Of a stretch of DNA of 64,000 nucleotides, positions 1-9,749 are shown piece after piece. Both the position numbers and the translations under genes were made by a program. The DNA comes from Candidatus Kaiserbacteria bacterium (GTDB taxonomy: Bacteria > Patescibacteriota > Minisyncoccia > Phycocordibacterales > Phycocordibacteraceae). Below the pieces are notes generated by a model. That model made no database searches and was not told the origin of the DNA. It saw nothing but the letters and a program-made list of their open reading frames with translations. The stretch spans positions 10,669 through 74,668 of the forward strand of contig JACQBN010000018.1 in the NCBI GenBank assembly GCA_016194455.1, read 5' to 3'. Each line of letters starts with the position of its first letter. Within the stretch, counting starts at the first letter, position 1.

Positions 1-591
1 CTGATTCTGGGTCGTGAGCGAGAACCACGCGGCCACTCCGCCCTGCGACCAGTTGCCCGCGAGGAAAGATTGAATATTCGGGGAGGACTGCGAGAGCGTA
101 CACTGATTCTCCGCGAAGAAGCCGGCGAGGCTTGTCTGTTGCAAATAGTTAGTATGAAGGGAGGAGGTGATGGCGGAGGCGAAGGGCGAGTTAGAATTTT
201 TTCCGAACTGCGCAAGGAAAGAGAGAGCCGTCGTATCTCCCGTCTTCTGCAGCGTGACGAGCAGGTTCTGCACGAACTGCGGCTGGCCCGTGCCGTTGCC
301 CTTGCCGTTGACGAAGTTGACGACGCTACCGGTGATGGATTGGAGTGACTTCTGCGAGAGCGCCCATGCAATCGGGTCGAGCACGTACTCCTTGACGTAG
401 AGCGAGTTGACGCCGGAGGCGCTGATGATACTTTGGGCGGCGGTGATTGTATTTTTCAACATTGAGGTAACGCCAGTGAAGGAGGTGTCGCTAATGATCT
501 CTGCGTCAACGGCGTAGGCGGGTCGGGGAACAAGAACGAGCGAAGCGGAGAGAGCCGCGAGTGTGAGCACGACGAGCGAAAGGTTCTTCAT
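1..591 (-). CDS. Secreted hypothetical protein, partial (runs off the window start); not in the ORF track
   Basis: Manual translation from ATG at 591: MKNLSLVVLTLAALSASLVLVPRPAYA-VDAEII...KEYVLDPIAWALSQK..., open to position 1; signal peptide; ATGA overlap with the stop of the upstream gene. Confidence 0.8.
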   Translation of the reverse strand, partial: MKNLSLVVLTLAALSASLVLVPRPAYAVDAEIISDTSFTGVTSMLKNTITAAQSIISASGVNSLYVKEYVLDPIAWALSQKSLQSITGSVVNFVNGKGNGTGQPQFVQNLLVTLQKTGDTTALSFLAQFGKNSNSPFASAITSSLHTNYLQQTSLAGFFAENQCTLSQSSPNIQSFLAGNWSQGGVAAWFSLTTQNQ

Positions 592-1619
592 GGCGCCGGG
601 GTTGCTGCGAGAGCGGAGAAGAAACGCACGAACCCCGCGCCCGGCACGCCGGGCGCGGGGTTCACACCTGCGGCCGCATAGAGCGCGCCGATATTCTGGA
701 ACGCCCTGGTGAGCGCAGTGACCGCCTGGGGATATTGGCCAAGCGCAATCATCGCTGCGATAGGGTCGCTCGTGACGCGGGCGAAGTCGCTCGCGGCGCC
801 CGCGATGCGCGCGAGCGAGTTCACGAGCGCGAGATTGGCGGGAGCGAGCTCTTGCGGGACGGGCAGCGCCGCGATGCCCGCGGCTATCGTGCGATACGCG
901 CCGGCGATTTTTGTAATATTTTCGATTGCCGAGGAGTCGTCGTTCGTCACTGCGTCCTGGAGATACAAAAGCTCGCTCTTCGGGAGCTTCACCGAGGAGG
1001 CTCGGAGGATAGCCTCCGCGGATGCCGCATACGCGAGGAGGGCGTCGGCGCCCGAGTCTGTGGTACGCAGATCAGCGGAGGATTTGAAGTCAGGCGCGGG
1101 CGAGATGCTTGCGCTGAGATTGTTGATCGCCTGGGCAGCGAGTGCAGAGATCTGGCTCTGCGGGAGCGCGGCACCGTTGTTACCCTGCTTCGCCGCGAGA
1201 TAGAGCGCGAAAAAGTTTTTCGCGAAGATATCGGTGAGCGTCCCTTCGGTAGGCGGCGTGAGGCCGAAGGCTGCGTAGTTCACGCCGCTTGTTGAGGGAG
1301 AAGGAGCGGGGGCTGTCGGCACCTCTGCGATTGCCTTGGGTACGATGAGGCCTTTAGCGACCGCGTCGCCATCGGTCATACCGAGACCGCGCGAGTCTGG
1401 GTTGTTTGGATCGGTGCCGTAGAGCGCCTCTTCCCAGTCTGGGAGGCCATCGTTGTCGGAGTCTTTCGCCGCAATAGCTTGGAGGAGGGCGGTCTCGGTG
1501 GACGCTTGAGCAAGGCTTGGAGAACCTAGGCCCCGCGCAAGCTCGTATGCACCGAAGATGAGTGCCGCAGAAAACGCCGTAGCGGCGAAGACGCGCCAGT
1601 TCCCTAGAATCTGGGCCAT
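588..1619 (-). CDS. Membrane-anchored/secreted protein with a DxDxDG Ca-binding-like repeat
   Basis: N-terminal TM/signal segment followed by DSDNDGLPDWEEALYGTDPNNPDS; start trimmed to MAQILG. Confidence 0.7.
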   Translation of the reverse strand: MAQILGNWRVFAATAFSAALIFGAYELARGLGSPSLAQASTETALLQAIAAKDSDNDGLPDWEEALYGTDPNNPDSRGLGMTDGDAVAKGLIVPKAIAEVPTAPAPSPSTSGVNYAAFGLTPPTEGTLTDIFAKNFFALYLAAKQGNNGAALPQSQISALAAQAINNLSASISPAPDFKSSADLRTTDSGADALLAYAASAEAILRASSVKLPKSELLYLQDAVTNDDSSAIENITKIAGAYRTIAAGIAALPVPQELAPANLALVNSLARIAGAASDFARVTSDPIAAMIALGQYPQAVTALTRAFQNIGALYAAAGVNPAPGVPGAGFVRFFSALAATPAP

Positions 1620-1683
1620 AGTACAAGACAAGTATAGCAGCCGTCCCGAGGCACGAGGGACGGCTGCTCCTGCTAGGTGTGCA

Positions 1684-2424
1684 TTAGAGAAAGGCGAGCC
1701 AGTTGCTAAGCGGGAGATCCTCGGCGCGAGCCTTGAGAGGGACGAGCGAGGGATCAAAACCAGCTTCTGTGAGGTTGCGCGCCAAAAATTTCCGCTTGTG
1801 CGCGAAGCCGGCATGGAGAAGCGCGAAGAAGCGTCGCTCCGCTTCGGGCGACGGGAAGTTTTTGCGAGAAATGTCTCGGACCGCGAGCGCCGCAGAATCC
1901 ACGTTGGGTGCCGGTTTGAATGCCCCGCGCGGGATAGTGAAGAGATACTCGGGTTCTCCGTACGCCTTCACCGAGAGCGAGAGGATGCTTTCTTTTTCTC
2001 CCCGACAAATCCGCTCGGCGACTTCCTTCTGCACTAAAAGCGTGATCGAGCTCGGCTGATTCGATGAGTCTAGAAATTTTCTGAATATTTCCCCGGTGAG
2101 GTAGTACGGGATGTTCGCGACGAGTGCATAGCCCTGCGGCAAGGTCGCGGCAGCGAACGCGCGGATGTCGCCGTAGATCAATTCCAGCCTCCCGCGCGCA
2201 ATCTCGTCCGCGAATGTTTCTTTAAGTTTGGAAACGAGTTCTCTGTCCGCCTCAACCGCGACCACTCTGCCCGCCCGCGCCAAGAGCGGACGCGTGAGCA
2301 TGCCAGTCCCGGGGCCAATCTCGAGCACGGTGTCGCCTGGCGCAAGTTTTGCGGCATCCGCAATTCGTTCCGCGATCTGCGGATGCATCAAAAAATTCTG
2401 TCCGAGCGATTTTCTTGCCCGCAT
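1684..2424 (-). CDS. rsmA: 16S rRNA adenine dimethyltransferase KsgA/RsmA
   Basis: KSLGQNFL, LEIGPGTG, VANIPYY, FKPAPNVDSA motifs. Confidence 0.96.
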   Translation of the reverse strand: MRARKSLGQNFLMHPQIAERIADAAKLAPGDTVLEIGPGTGMLTRPLLARAGRVVAVEADRELVSKLKETFADEIARGRLELIYGDIRAFAAATLPQGYALVANIPYYLTGEIFRKFLDSSNQPSSITLLVQKEVAERICRGEKESILSLSVKAYGEPEYLFTIPRGAFKPAPNVDSAALAVRDISRKNFPSPEAERRFFALLHAGFAHKRKFLARNLTEAGFDPSLVPLKARAEDLPLSNWLAFL

Positions 2425-2444
2425 GGGTGTAGAATACTGGCTGT

Positions 2445-2822
2445 ATGAACAATCGCAAAATAAGTAGTCGCGGCTTAGAGAACAGCCGCGGAGCAATGTC
2501 TCGAGATTTACAGCACCGGATGAGCCGCGCGTTGCTCACCGAGGCAGGCCGCGGGCGTGTTAACGAGGCTCTGCAAGCCGCAGTTCGACACGTAGAAGAA
2601 ACGCGGGGCTTACAGTATGGGATGCAAGGGCAGCATGTCGACTTGGCACGGCACTTTTTAGAAAAGAAATACAAAGCCAGACACGAGCTACAGCCCAAAG
2701 AAAGGGATCTTATAGAAACGTTAGTGAAAGACCACTTCGGTATTAAGAACGAACCGAACGCTGAGCCTACGCCCGAGCCAAAAAACGAAACGAAACCGGC
2801 GCCCCAACAAGAGGCCCCTTAG
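2445..2822 (+). CDS. Hypothetical protein
   Basis: ORF fills the rsmA-uvrD gap; Pro/Glu-rich tail; start uncertain. Confidence 0.6.
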   Translation: MNNRKISSRGLENSRGAMSRDLQHRMSRALLTEAGRGRVNEALQAAVRHVEETRGLQYGMQGQHVDLARHFLEKKYKARHELQPKERDLIETLVKDHFGIKNEPNAEPTPEPKNETKPAPQQEAP

Positions 2823-4732
2823 GCTTCGATAACCCGCTCGCCGTCGTTCTCGTCGTAGCGGATGAGCGAGCGATCAATATCCGCGAGGAAGGACGAGGGC
2901 TCGGAGAGGAAGTCGGTGCCATAAATCTTGCGGATGCGCGCGAGCGTCAGGTAGAGACGCTGCTTCGCGCGCGTCATCGCGACATAAAAGAGCCGTCGCT
3001 CCTCTTCTTCGTCGCGGTCTTCTTCTTGTGTACCTTGATGCGGGAATAATCCCTCCTCCATCCCGCTCACGAAAACCGTAGAGAACTCGAGCCCCTTCGC
3101 GGCGTGCGCGGTCATCAGCGCAACGCCTGTTTTTGTGGCACGGTCAAGCTCATCCTGGTCGCTCGCGAGCGCAGCCTCGGCGAGGAAGGCCGCGATGCCG
3201 CGTTTCCCGGGCTCGCGGTCGTGGCGCGCGGCCACCGAGGCAATCTCTTCGACATTTTCAAATCGCTCGCGATCGTCATCGCTCCCTTCCTCCACCATTA
3301 TGCGATGCATGCCGCTCTTTTCCACCACAAGCCGCACAAATTCTGAGGGTAGTAATTTTTCGCTCGCTCGTGCGAGCTCCGCGATTACCGCCTCAAATGC
3401 CTCGACTTTCGCCAATTCTCCTGCCCGCAATTCAGTGCGCTTACCCGCGACGAGCTTGCCCAAGGTTGTGGGGCCGATGCCGCGCGGCGGACTCGCCACC
3501 GCGCGGATCCGATCGCTCTCGCGCGAGGGATCGAGCGCGAGGCGCACCCAGGCGAGCACATCCTTCACCTCTTTGCGTTCAAAGAAGCGCGTGCCCACCA
3601 ATGTATACGGCACACCAAGGCGCAAGAGCCCCTCCTCGAGCGCGCGGGATTGGAAGTTGGTGCGGAAAAGCACTGCAATCTCCTCGGGCGCCATGCCCGA
3701 GCGCATCAGCTCGCGGATTTTCCTGCCGATCCAGCACGCCTCATCCTCGGCATTCAATGCGACATGCACCACGATAGGCTCGCCCTCGGGGTTGTCGGTC
3801 ACCGAGCGCTTATCTTTGCGTTTTTTGTTCTCTGCAATGACGCGATTCGCCGCATCAACGATATTTTTGGTGGAGCGATAGTTATGCTCGAGGATAATCG
3901 TCTCCGTCCCAGGATGATCCTCTTCAAAGGTGAGCAGATTTTCAATGGTCGCGCCGCGCCAGGTGTAGATGGTCTGGTCGATGTCGCCGACGACGAAAAG
4001 ATTTTTGTGTTTGGCGGAGAGGAGGTCCGCGAGCCGGGCCTGGAGCAGGTTGGTGTCCTGATACTCATCAATGTGGACGTAGCGCCAGCGCGCCTGCGCG
4101 AGGCCTCGCGCGTCTTCATGCTCCTCAAGAAGCTGGAGCGGCAGCGCGATCAAGTCGTCGAAGTCGAGCGCTCTTTCTTCTTTCAGTTTTTTCTCATACG
4201 CGCGCCAGACTTGGGCAAGGATGCGGCCGTTGAAGGTCCTGCCGCCTGACTTTTCCAAAAATTCCTCAACCCGTAAGCCTTCTCCCTTCGCGCCGCTGAT
4301 GCGCGCGAGCACAGAGCGCGGCGAGAGATCCTTCGCGCCGACGTCGAGCGATTTCAGGATCGCCGCGATCGCTTTCTCCGAATCGGAGCGATCATAAATA
4401 GAGAAGAAGCGCGGCACGCCGATGCGCGTCCCGTAACTCTCGAGGAGCTCGCGCCCAAGACCGTGGAAAGTGGCGACGAGTGGAAGCCCGGGTGACGCGT
4501 CGCCCTCTCCAAGAAGTTTCCGGATCCTCTCGCGCATCTCGCGCGCGGCTTTATTGGTGAAGGTGACGGCGAGGATCTCGCGCGCGGGTACGCCGCTGCG
4601 GATAAGATGGTAGAGCCGTGTGGTCAGCACCCGCGTCTTCCCTGCTCCCGCGCCCGCCAAAACCGCGACGGGGCCCTCGGTCGCGAGTACCGAGCGCCCT
4701 TGCGCATCACTCAGCCCCTTGAGATATTCCAC
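2819..4732 (-). CDS. uvrD: UvrD/PcrA ATP-dependent DNA helicase
   Basis: AGAGAGKT, TFTNKAAREM, IDEYQD, NYRS, MTAHAAKGLEF, EERRLFYVAMTRA. Confidence 0.96.
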   Translation of the reverse strand: MEYLKGLSDAQGRSVLATEGPVAVLAGAGAGKTRVLTTRLYHLIRSGVPAREILAVTFTNKAAREMRERIRKLLGEGDASPGLPLVATFHGLGRELLESYGTRIGVPRFFSIYDRSDSEKAIAAILKSLDVGAKDLSPRSVLARISGAKGEGLRVEEFLEKSGGRTFNGRILAQVWRAYEKKLKEERALDFDDLIALPLQLLEEHEDARGLAQARWRYVHIDEYQDTNLLQARLADLLSAKHKNLFVVGDIDQTIYTWRGATIENLLTFEEDHPGTETIILEHNYRSTKNIVDAANRVIAENKKRKDKRSVTDNPEGEPIVVHVALNAEDEACWIGRKIRELMRSGMAPEEIAVLFRTNFQSRALEEGLLRLGVPYTLVGTRFFERKEVKDVLAWVRLALDPSRESDRIRAVASPPRGIGPTTLGKLVAGKRTELRAGELAKVEAFEAVIAELARASEKLLPSEFVRLVVEKSGMHRIMVEEGSDDDRERFENVEEIASVAARHDREPGKRGIAAFLAEAALASDQDELDRATKTGVALMTAHAAKGLEFSTVFVSGMEEGLFPHQGTQEEDRDEEEERRLFYVAMTRAKQRLYLTLARIRKIYGTDFLSEPSSFLADIDRSLIRYDENDGERVIEA

Positions 4733-4749
4733 TCGCGCACTCTAGCACG

Positions 4750-4778
4750 TTGCCTCGAGGTGCCTTGTGCGCTAGACT
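4750..4778 (+). promoter_or_regulatory. sigma70-type promoter for the LysM/M23 gene
   Basis: TTGCCT-17 nt-TAGACT. Confidence 0.55.
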
Positions 4779-4835
4779 CCGGAAGTCTACCGTTATGGAA
4801 GTATCCAAGAAACGGCTTAGGTAAGCTGTTTTTGT

Positions 4836-5885
4836 ATTCGGAAGCGCGACCGCCCCCCAACCCACCCTATCGTCTTACTTGCCCTCGCCCTACTTTTCCT
4901 CGCCCCGCAGAGTGCTGCGGCCTTTTGGCCGTTCTCCTCGCCGGTGGATGCAGCGATGAACGATCTTATCCCGAGCTCCTCCGCCGCTGCTCTTTCGGCG
5001 CCCACCAACAGCAACGCGAACGCTGCACTACCAGTCGGTGTCACCCTCTCGGGCGGCTCAGCGCTGGTGGCGTACACCGGCCCGGCGGGAACAATCGCGG
5101 ATGTCGCGAGCTCAACGCCCCCAGACCGCATTTCCGTCTATGAGGTGCGCCCAGGCGATACGCTCTCGGGGATCGCTGGGCTCTTCGGCGTCTCGGTCAA
5201 CACGATCGTTTGGGCGAACAGCTTGGGGAGCGCCCGCACTGTGCATCCGGGCGACACGCTCATCATCCTGCCCGTGACCGGCATAGAGCGCACTATCGCG
5301 AAAGGCGACACGCTCAAGTCACTTGCGAAAAAGTATGGTGCGGACGCGATCGAGATCGCGGAGTTCAACGGCATTGATCCCTCCGCGCCGCTCGCAATCG
5401 GCGACACGCTCATCATCCCGGGCGGCGAACTCGCCGCCCCCGCCTCGACGCGCGCGAGCAGTGTCCGCGAACCGTACTTAGGTGGCTCGGGCGCGGAGCT
5501 CGCGGGTTACTTCGCCAATCCGCTCCCCGGCGCGCCCGTCACGCAGGGCATCCACGGTTGGAACGCCGTTGACCTCGGCGCTGCGAAGGGCACACCTATA
5601 CACGCGGCTGCGCCCGGCGTCGTGATCATCGTGCGCAATAACGGCGGTTGGAATGGTGGCTATGGCAACTACGTCGTGATCTCAGACGACAACGGCACGC
5701 AGACTCTCTACGCGCATATGACCCACGCGGCCGTCTCGCCCGGCGAGGGCGTTTCCGCAGGGCAGGTCATCGGCTACGTGGGCGCGACCGGCATGGCGAC
5801 CGGACCCCACCTCCACTTTGAAGTTCGCGGAGCGCGCAACCCCTTCGCCTCCTGTCCACTCCGCGCCATCTGCGAACCGCAGTAG
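4836..5885 (+). CDS. LysM (x2) plus M23 peptidoglycan endopeptidase; true start uncertain (possibly ATT 4836)
   Basis: Two LysM repeats (YEVRPGDTLSGIA, IAKGDTLKSLA); M23 motifs HxxxxxD, GGYGNYV, HLH; an in-frame signal peptide lies upstream of the annotated GTG at 4944. Confidence 0.9.
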   Translation: MRKRDRPPTHPIVLLALALLFLAPQSAAAFWPFSSPVDAAMNDLIPSSSAAALSAPTNSNANAALPVGVTLSGGSALVAYTGPAGTIADVASSTPPDRISVYEVRPGDTLSGIAGLFGVSVNTIVWANSLGSARTVHPGDTLIILPVTGIERTIAKGDTLKSLAKKYGADAIEIAEFNGIDPSAPLAIGDTLIIPGGELAAPASTRASSVREPYLGGSGAELAGYFANPLPGAPVTQGIHGWNAVDLGAAKGTPIHAAAPGVVIIVRNNGGWNGGYGNYVVISDDNGTQTLYAHMTHAAVSPGEGVSAGQVIGYVGATGMATGPHLHFEVRGARNPFASCPLRAICEPQ

Positions 5886-5895
5886 CTTTTGTATA

Positions 5896-5924
5896 AAATA
5901 AAAAAGGCCGCCATCAGAGCGGCC
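5896..5924 (-). terminator. Rho-independent terminator of yjjX
   Basis: GGCCGC/GCGGCC stem followed by a U-tract on the minus strand. Confidence 0.6.
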
Positions 5925-5931
5925 GCTTACT

Positions 5932-6462
5932 TCAGTCCTTGTAGATGTAGGAGAAGGCGATTGGTGCGAGCGCGTATTTGAGCGCGGCGGTGATGATATC
6001 GACTCTGGAGATTTTGCCGTCGGAGAGACATTTCTGAACATCTTTGTCGTCTCCGCCCGTGAGCTCCTGAACGATCTTGCCGATTTCGGTTCCCCGCTCA
6101 AGCGCCCGCTCTACCATCCAGCGAGGGACTGGGAAGTAAGCGCCGACTGTGCAGGACTTCCAGCCGCGCTTAGTGAGAACGACAATGTAGGGGACATCAA
6201 ACCAGCGCTCCGTAACCTCCACCAGCCCGCTCTCGACGCCGACAGCGAAGTCCGCTTCCGGGCGCTGCCCCATCGCCCTCTCCGCGCGGTTCTCGGCACC
6301 GAGCTGCATTTCCTTGAGACCAATCGGCTGGTCACGGACGCCTGAGGGCACGTCGCACGTTTGCAAGGTCGCGGTAATGCCGAGTTCGCGGAAGGCATTA
6401 CAGACCGCGATGCCTTTCGTCATACTTTTTGACCCGAGGGCAACGATCTTTTGCTGAAACAC
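5932..6462 (-). CDS. yjjX: Inosine/xanthosine triphosphatase (YjjX/DUF84)
   Basis: ALGSKSMTK, VPSGVRDQP, GAENRA, VGVESG, SRVD; GGGAG SD before GTG 6462. Confidence 0.85.
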   Translation of the reverse strand: MFQQKIVALGSKSMTKGIAVCNAFRELGITATLQTCDVPSGVRDQPIGLKEMQLGAENRAERAMGQRPEADFAVGVESGLVEVTERWFDVPYIVVLTKRGWKSCTVGAYFPVPRWMVERALERGTEIGKIVQELTGGDDKDVQKCLSDGKISRVDIITAALKYALAPIAFSYIYKD

Positions 6463-6518
6463 TGATTTCTCCCTGGACAAGAGCGTATACAGAGCTGCCT
6501 CGTTTGTCCAAGATCACT

Positions 6519-7781
6519 CTAGCGATACGACTCCCTTGCGTCAAGCAGCTCCGCGATCCGCAACAGTCGATTATATTTCGCGGTCCGCTCGCCGCGCGCT
6601 GGTGCACCCGCCTTAATCTGCCCGACGCCAAGTCCTACCGCGAGATCGGCGATAGTCGTGTCCTCGGTCTCGCCGGAGCGATGCGAGACGATGCAGGCAA
6701 ATCCGGCGCGCGTTGCCTCCTGCACCGCCTCAATCGTCTCGGTGACGGTGCCGACTTGGTTCGGCTTGATGAGAATGGCGTTTGCCACATGGAGCTTGAT
6801 ACCGCGGACAAGCCGATCCTTGTTGGTCGCGAAGAGATCATCTCCGACGATTTGAATTTTGCTGCCAAGTTTTTTCGTAAGAAGCTGGAACCCATCCCAG
6901 TCGTCCTCCGCGAGCCCATCTTCTATAGAAAAGATTGGATACTTCGCTGCCCACACTTCATATATCTTCACGAGTTCAGCGCTGCTAAGTATTTTCTTTT
7001 CCGAAGCGAAGTGATAACGGCTATCGCGGTAGAATTCCGTCGCGGCAGCATCGACGCAGAGTGAAACGTCTTTGCCGGGGACGTATCCCGCTTTCTCAAT
7101 CGCCTCCACCAGAAACTCGAGTGCCGCTTCGTTGCTTTGGAGTTCGGGCGCAAAGCCGCCCTCGTCCCCGAGGTTGGTATTTAAATTCCGTTCCTCAAGA
7201 ATTCCTCGCAGCGTGTGCACTATTTCTGCCCCCGTGCGAAGAGCTTCGGCAAATGTCTTCGCGCCGTGGGGCCACAGCATGAATTCTTGGAGGTCGGTGG
7301 AGCGACGCGCGTGCCGCCCGCCATTGAGGACATTTAGCATCGGGATGGGCATCCGCATCCTTTTCTCTGTGCCCGCGAGTCGAGCAAAATATGCAAAAAG
7401 TTCTATCTGTTCGCTGCGCGCTTTAGCATGCGCGAACGCCATTGATACGCCGAGAATCGCGTTGGCGCCTAACTTCTCTTTCGTTTTTGTCCCGTCCAGT
7501 TCGATAAGGGATTTATCGAGCGTGCTCTGATTAAATTCACCGCCGAGAATTTTCTCCCGAATTGCGTCATTCACATTCCCAACCGCTTTTTGCACGCCCC
7601 TGCCTCCGTAGCGCTTCCCGCCGTCGCGGAGCTCGCGCGCCTCATGGCTGCCGGTGGAGGCTCCGGAGGGTACGCTAGCCCTGCCGAATAACTTATCGCC
7701 TAAAACGATCTCGACCTCAACCGTCGGGTTGCCGCGAGAATCAAGAATCTCTCTGCCCCGGAGATTCGCTATCTTTGACAT
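6519..7781 (-). CDS. eno: Enolase
   Basis: REILDSRGNPTVE, VPSGASTG, GDEGGFAP, VSHRSGET. Confidence 0.98.
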   Translation of the reverse strand: MSKIANLRGREILDSRGNPTVEVEIVLGDKLFGRASVPSGASTGSHEARELRDGGKRYGGRGVQKAVGNVNDAIREKILGGEFNQSTLDKSLIELDGTKTKEKLGANAILGVSMAFAHAKARSEQIELFAYFARLAGTEKRMRMPIPMLNVLNGGRHARRSTDLQEFMLWPHGAKTFAEALRTGAEIVHTLRGILEERNLNTNLGDEGGFAPELQSNEAALEFLVEAIEKAGYVPGKDVSLCVDAAATEFYRDSRYHFASEKKILSSAELVKIYEVWAAKYPIFSIEDGLAEDDWDGFQLLTKKLGSKIQIVGDDLFATNKDRLVRGIKLHVANAILIKPNQVGTVTETIEAVQEATRAGFACIVSHRSGETEDTTIADLAVGLGVGQIKAGAPARGERTAKYNRLLRIAELLDARESYR

Positions 7782-7805
7782 TCAAGACCATTCTAGCACC
7801 GGCTC

Positions 7806-9386
7806 TTATTCAAATCCGAACATGCCGCGGGGGCGGTACTGGAGCGCTTCGTGGATATGCGCGGGGGTGACAGAGTCCGCGCCGGCGAGATCCGCGATCG
7901 TGCGCGCGACCCGCATGGTGCGATGGAACGCGCGCGGCGAGAGTTTCATCCGCGCAGCTGCGCTCGTGAGCGTCTCCTTGGCGGTGAGCGTGAAGCCGCT
8001 CTTCTCGTCGAGCTCGCGGCCAGAGAGATGTGCGTTGGTCGCTCCCCTCTTCCCTGTTCGCCGCTCGGCCTGGGCGCGGGCCAAGAGGACGCGGCCGCGT
8101 ACTGCCTCTGATGATTCTCCGGTCGCGAGTTTAGAAAGAGTTTCATGCGGGACGAGTGGCACCTCTATCCAGAGGTCAAGGCGATCAACAATCGGGCGGG
8201 AGATCTTGCGTGCCTGGCGCGCGGTAGCCCGCAGAGCAACAACCGCGTCGTCCGAGAGCGTGTCGGCCGGGTTCATCGCCGCGACGATCATGCAGTCGGC
8301 CGGGAAGGTGATGGTCGCACGAGCGCGCGAGACGGTGACGATCCGGTCCTCCAGGGGCTGGCGCAAGGCCTCAAGCGCGCGAGACTCAAACTCCGGGAAC
8401 TCATCTAAGAAAAGTACGCCCTTGTGTGCAAGCGTGACCTCGCCTGCTTTAGGGAACGCGCCGCCGCCTACAATCGCAACATGTGAGACCGAGTGGTGCG
8501 GGGCTCGAAACGGCGGCCAGTAGACCGCTTCACCCTCCTTCAGGAGCCCGGCGGTGGAGTGGATGGCTGTCACCTCGAGCATCTCGTCGTTGGTCAGGGG
8601 TGGAAGGATGCCGGATAGTGCGCGGGCGAGCATTGTCTTCCCGGTCCCTGGCGGGCCGTAGAAGACGATGTTGTGCCGCCCAGCTGCGGCAATTTCCAAA
8701 GCCCGCTTGGCACTCTCCTGCCCCTTCACATCCTTCAGATCAATCGCGGGCGGGGGCGGCACCAGAGAACGCTCACGCGCGAGGAGCGGCAGTTTCTTTT
8801 CTCCTTTCAGGTGTTGGAGAAGTTCTGCGAGCGACTTGGGCGCATAGACGGCCACTTTCTCGGCGAGCAGGGCCTCGCGGGCATTCCCGGGTGGCACGAA
8901 GACCGTCTTCACTCCGCGGCGCTTCGCGGCGAGGACCTGCGGCAGGACGCCGCGGGTAGCGCGGAGCGTGCCGTCAAGCGCAAGTTCTCCGGCGAAAAGG
9001 ACTTCTTCGGCGAGCGGCTTCAGATCGTCTGCGGCAATAAGATATGCGAGCGCGAGCGGTAGATCATAATGCGAACCTTCCTTTTTCAAATCAGCGGGTG
9101 AGAGCGAGAGGATAATTCTTTTATTCTGCTGTTTGGGCGACTTGTAGCCCGAGTGGCGTATCGCTGCAGAGATCCTGTCGCGTGCTTCCTCCACTGCTTT
9201 GTCCGCGAGGCCGACGACCGCGAAGGAATGGAGCCCGCGAGTGAGGTCCGCCTCCACGCTCACCAGCTCTGCGACTGCGCCGACCGGCTGGGCCGCGAGC
9301 GTCTTCGCGTAGCCATGCTTCAGCAATAGACTCCGCGCCGCCGGAGGCGGCGCGGGGGTCGGCTTCTGATCGGCGACATCAGCCAC
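7806..9386 (-). CDS. comM: ComM/YifB Mg-chelatase-like AAA+ ATPase
   Basis: [49 protein letters not shown]. Confidence 0.95.
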   Translation of the reverse strand: MADVADQKPTPAPPPAARSLLLKHGYAKTLAAQPVGAVAELVSVEADLTRGLHSFAVVGLADKAVEEARDRISAAIRHSGYKSPKQQNKRIILSLSPADLKKEGSHYDLPLALAYLIAADDLKPLAEEVLFAGELALDGTLRATRGVLPQVLAAKRRGVKTVFVPPGNAREALLAEKVAVYAPKSLAELLQHLKGEKKLPLLARERSLVPPPPAIDLKDVKGQESAKRALEIAAAGRHNIVFYGPPGTGKTMLARALSGILPPLTNDEMLEVTAIHSTAGLLKEGEAVYWPPFRAPHHSVSHVAIVGGGAFPKAGEVTLAHKGVLFLDEFPEFESRALEALRQPLEDRIVTVSRARATITFPADCMIVAAMNPADTLSDDAVVALRATARQARKISRPIVDRLDLWIEVPLVPHETLSKLATGESSEAVRGRVLLARAQAERRTGKRGATNAHLSGRELDEKSGFTLTAKETLTSAAARMKLSPRAFHRTMRVARTIADLAGADSVTPAHIHEALQYRPRGMFGFE

Positions 9387-9741
9387 GGTGCGCAGTGCAG
9401 GTCGCGGCAGCGGGGTCGGCGTCGAGGCGCGCCTTTTCTATTTTCCCCCCACAGACGCTGCAAAGCCCGTACGTGCCCTTTTCTATTCGCGCAAGTGCGG
9501 CGAGCACCGCGTCGTAGCGGGCTTCGAGGTCGCGCAGGATGCCCTCATTATTTTCAAAACTCGTGATCGTGAGCGCCTGATCAATGGTGTCGGCCTCCAC
9601 GCCTGTCTCGCTGCCGACCGGCTCGTAGTCGCCTGGCACGCGCGGATTCTTGCGCCCGACGTTCCCCATGCCCGCTTCCAATTTTGCCTTTTCAGCTTCC
9701 AGCCGTTCCTTATAGTGCGGGATATTCATCCGGCGCATCAT
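9379..9741 (-). CDS. TraR/DksA-family zinc-finger protein
   Basis: DTIDQA coiled-coil tip, GTYGLCSVC...RL..P.A..CTAH; start uncertain. Confidence 0.85.
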   Translation of the reverse strand: MMRRMNIPHYKERLEAEKAKLEAGMGNVGRKNPRVPGDYEPVGSETGVEADTIDQALTITSFENNEGILRDLEARYDAVLAALARIEKGTYGLCSVCGGKIEKARLDADPAAATCTAHRG

Positions 9742-9749
9742 AGCAGAAA

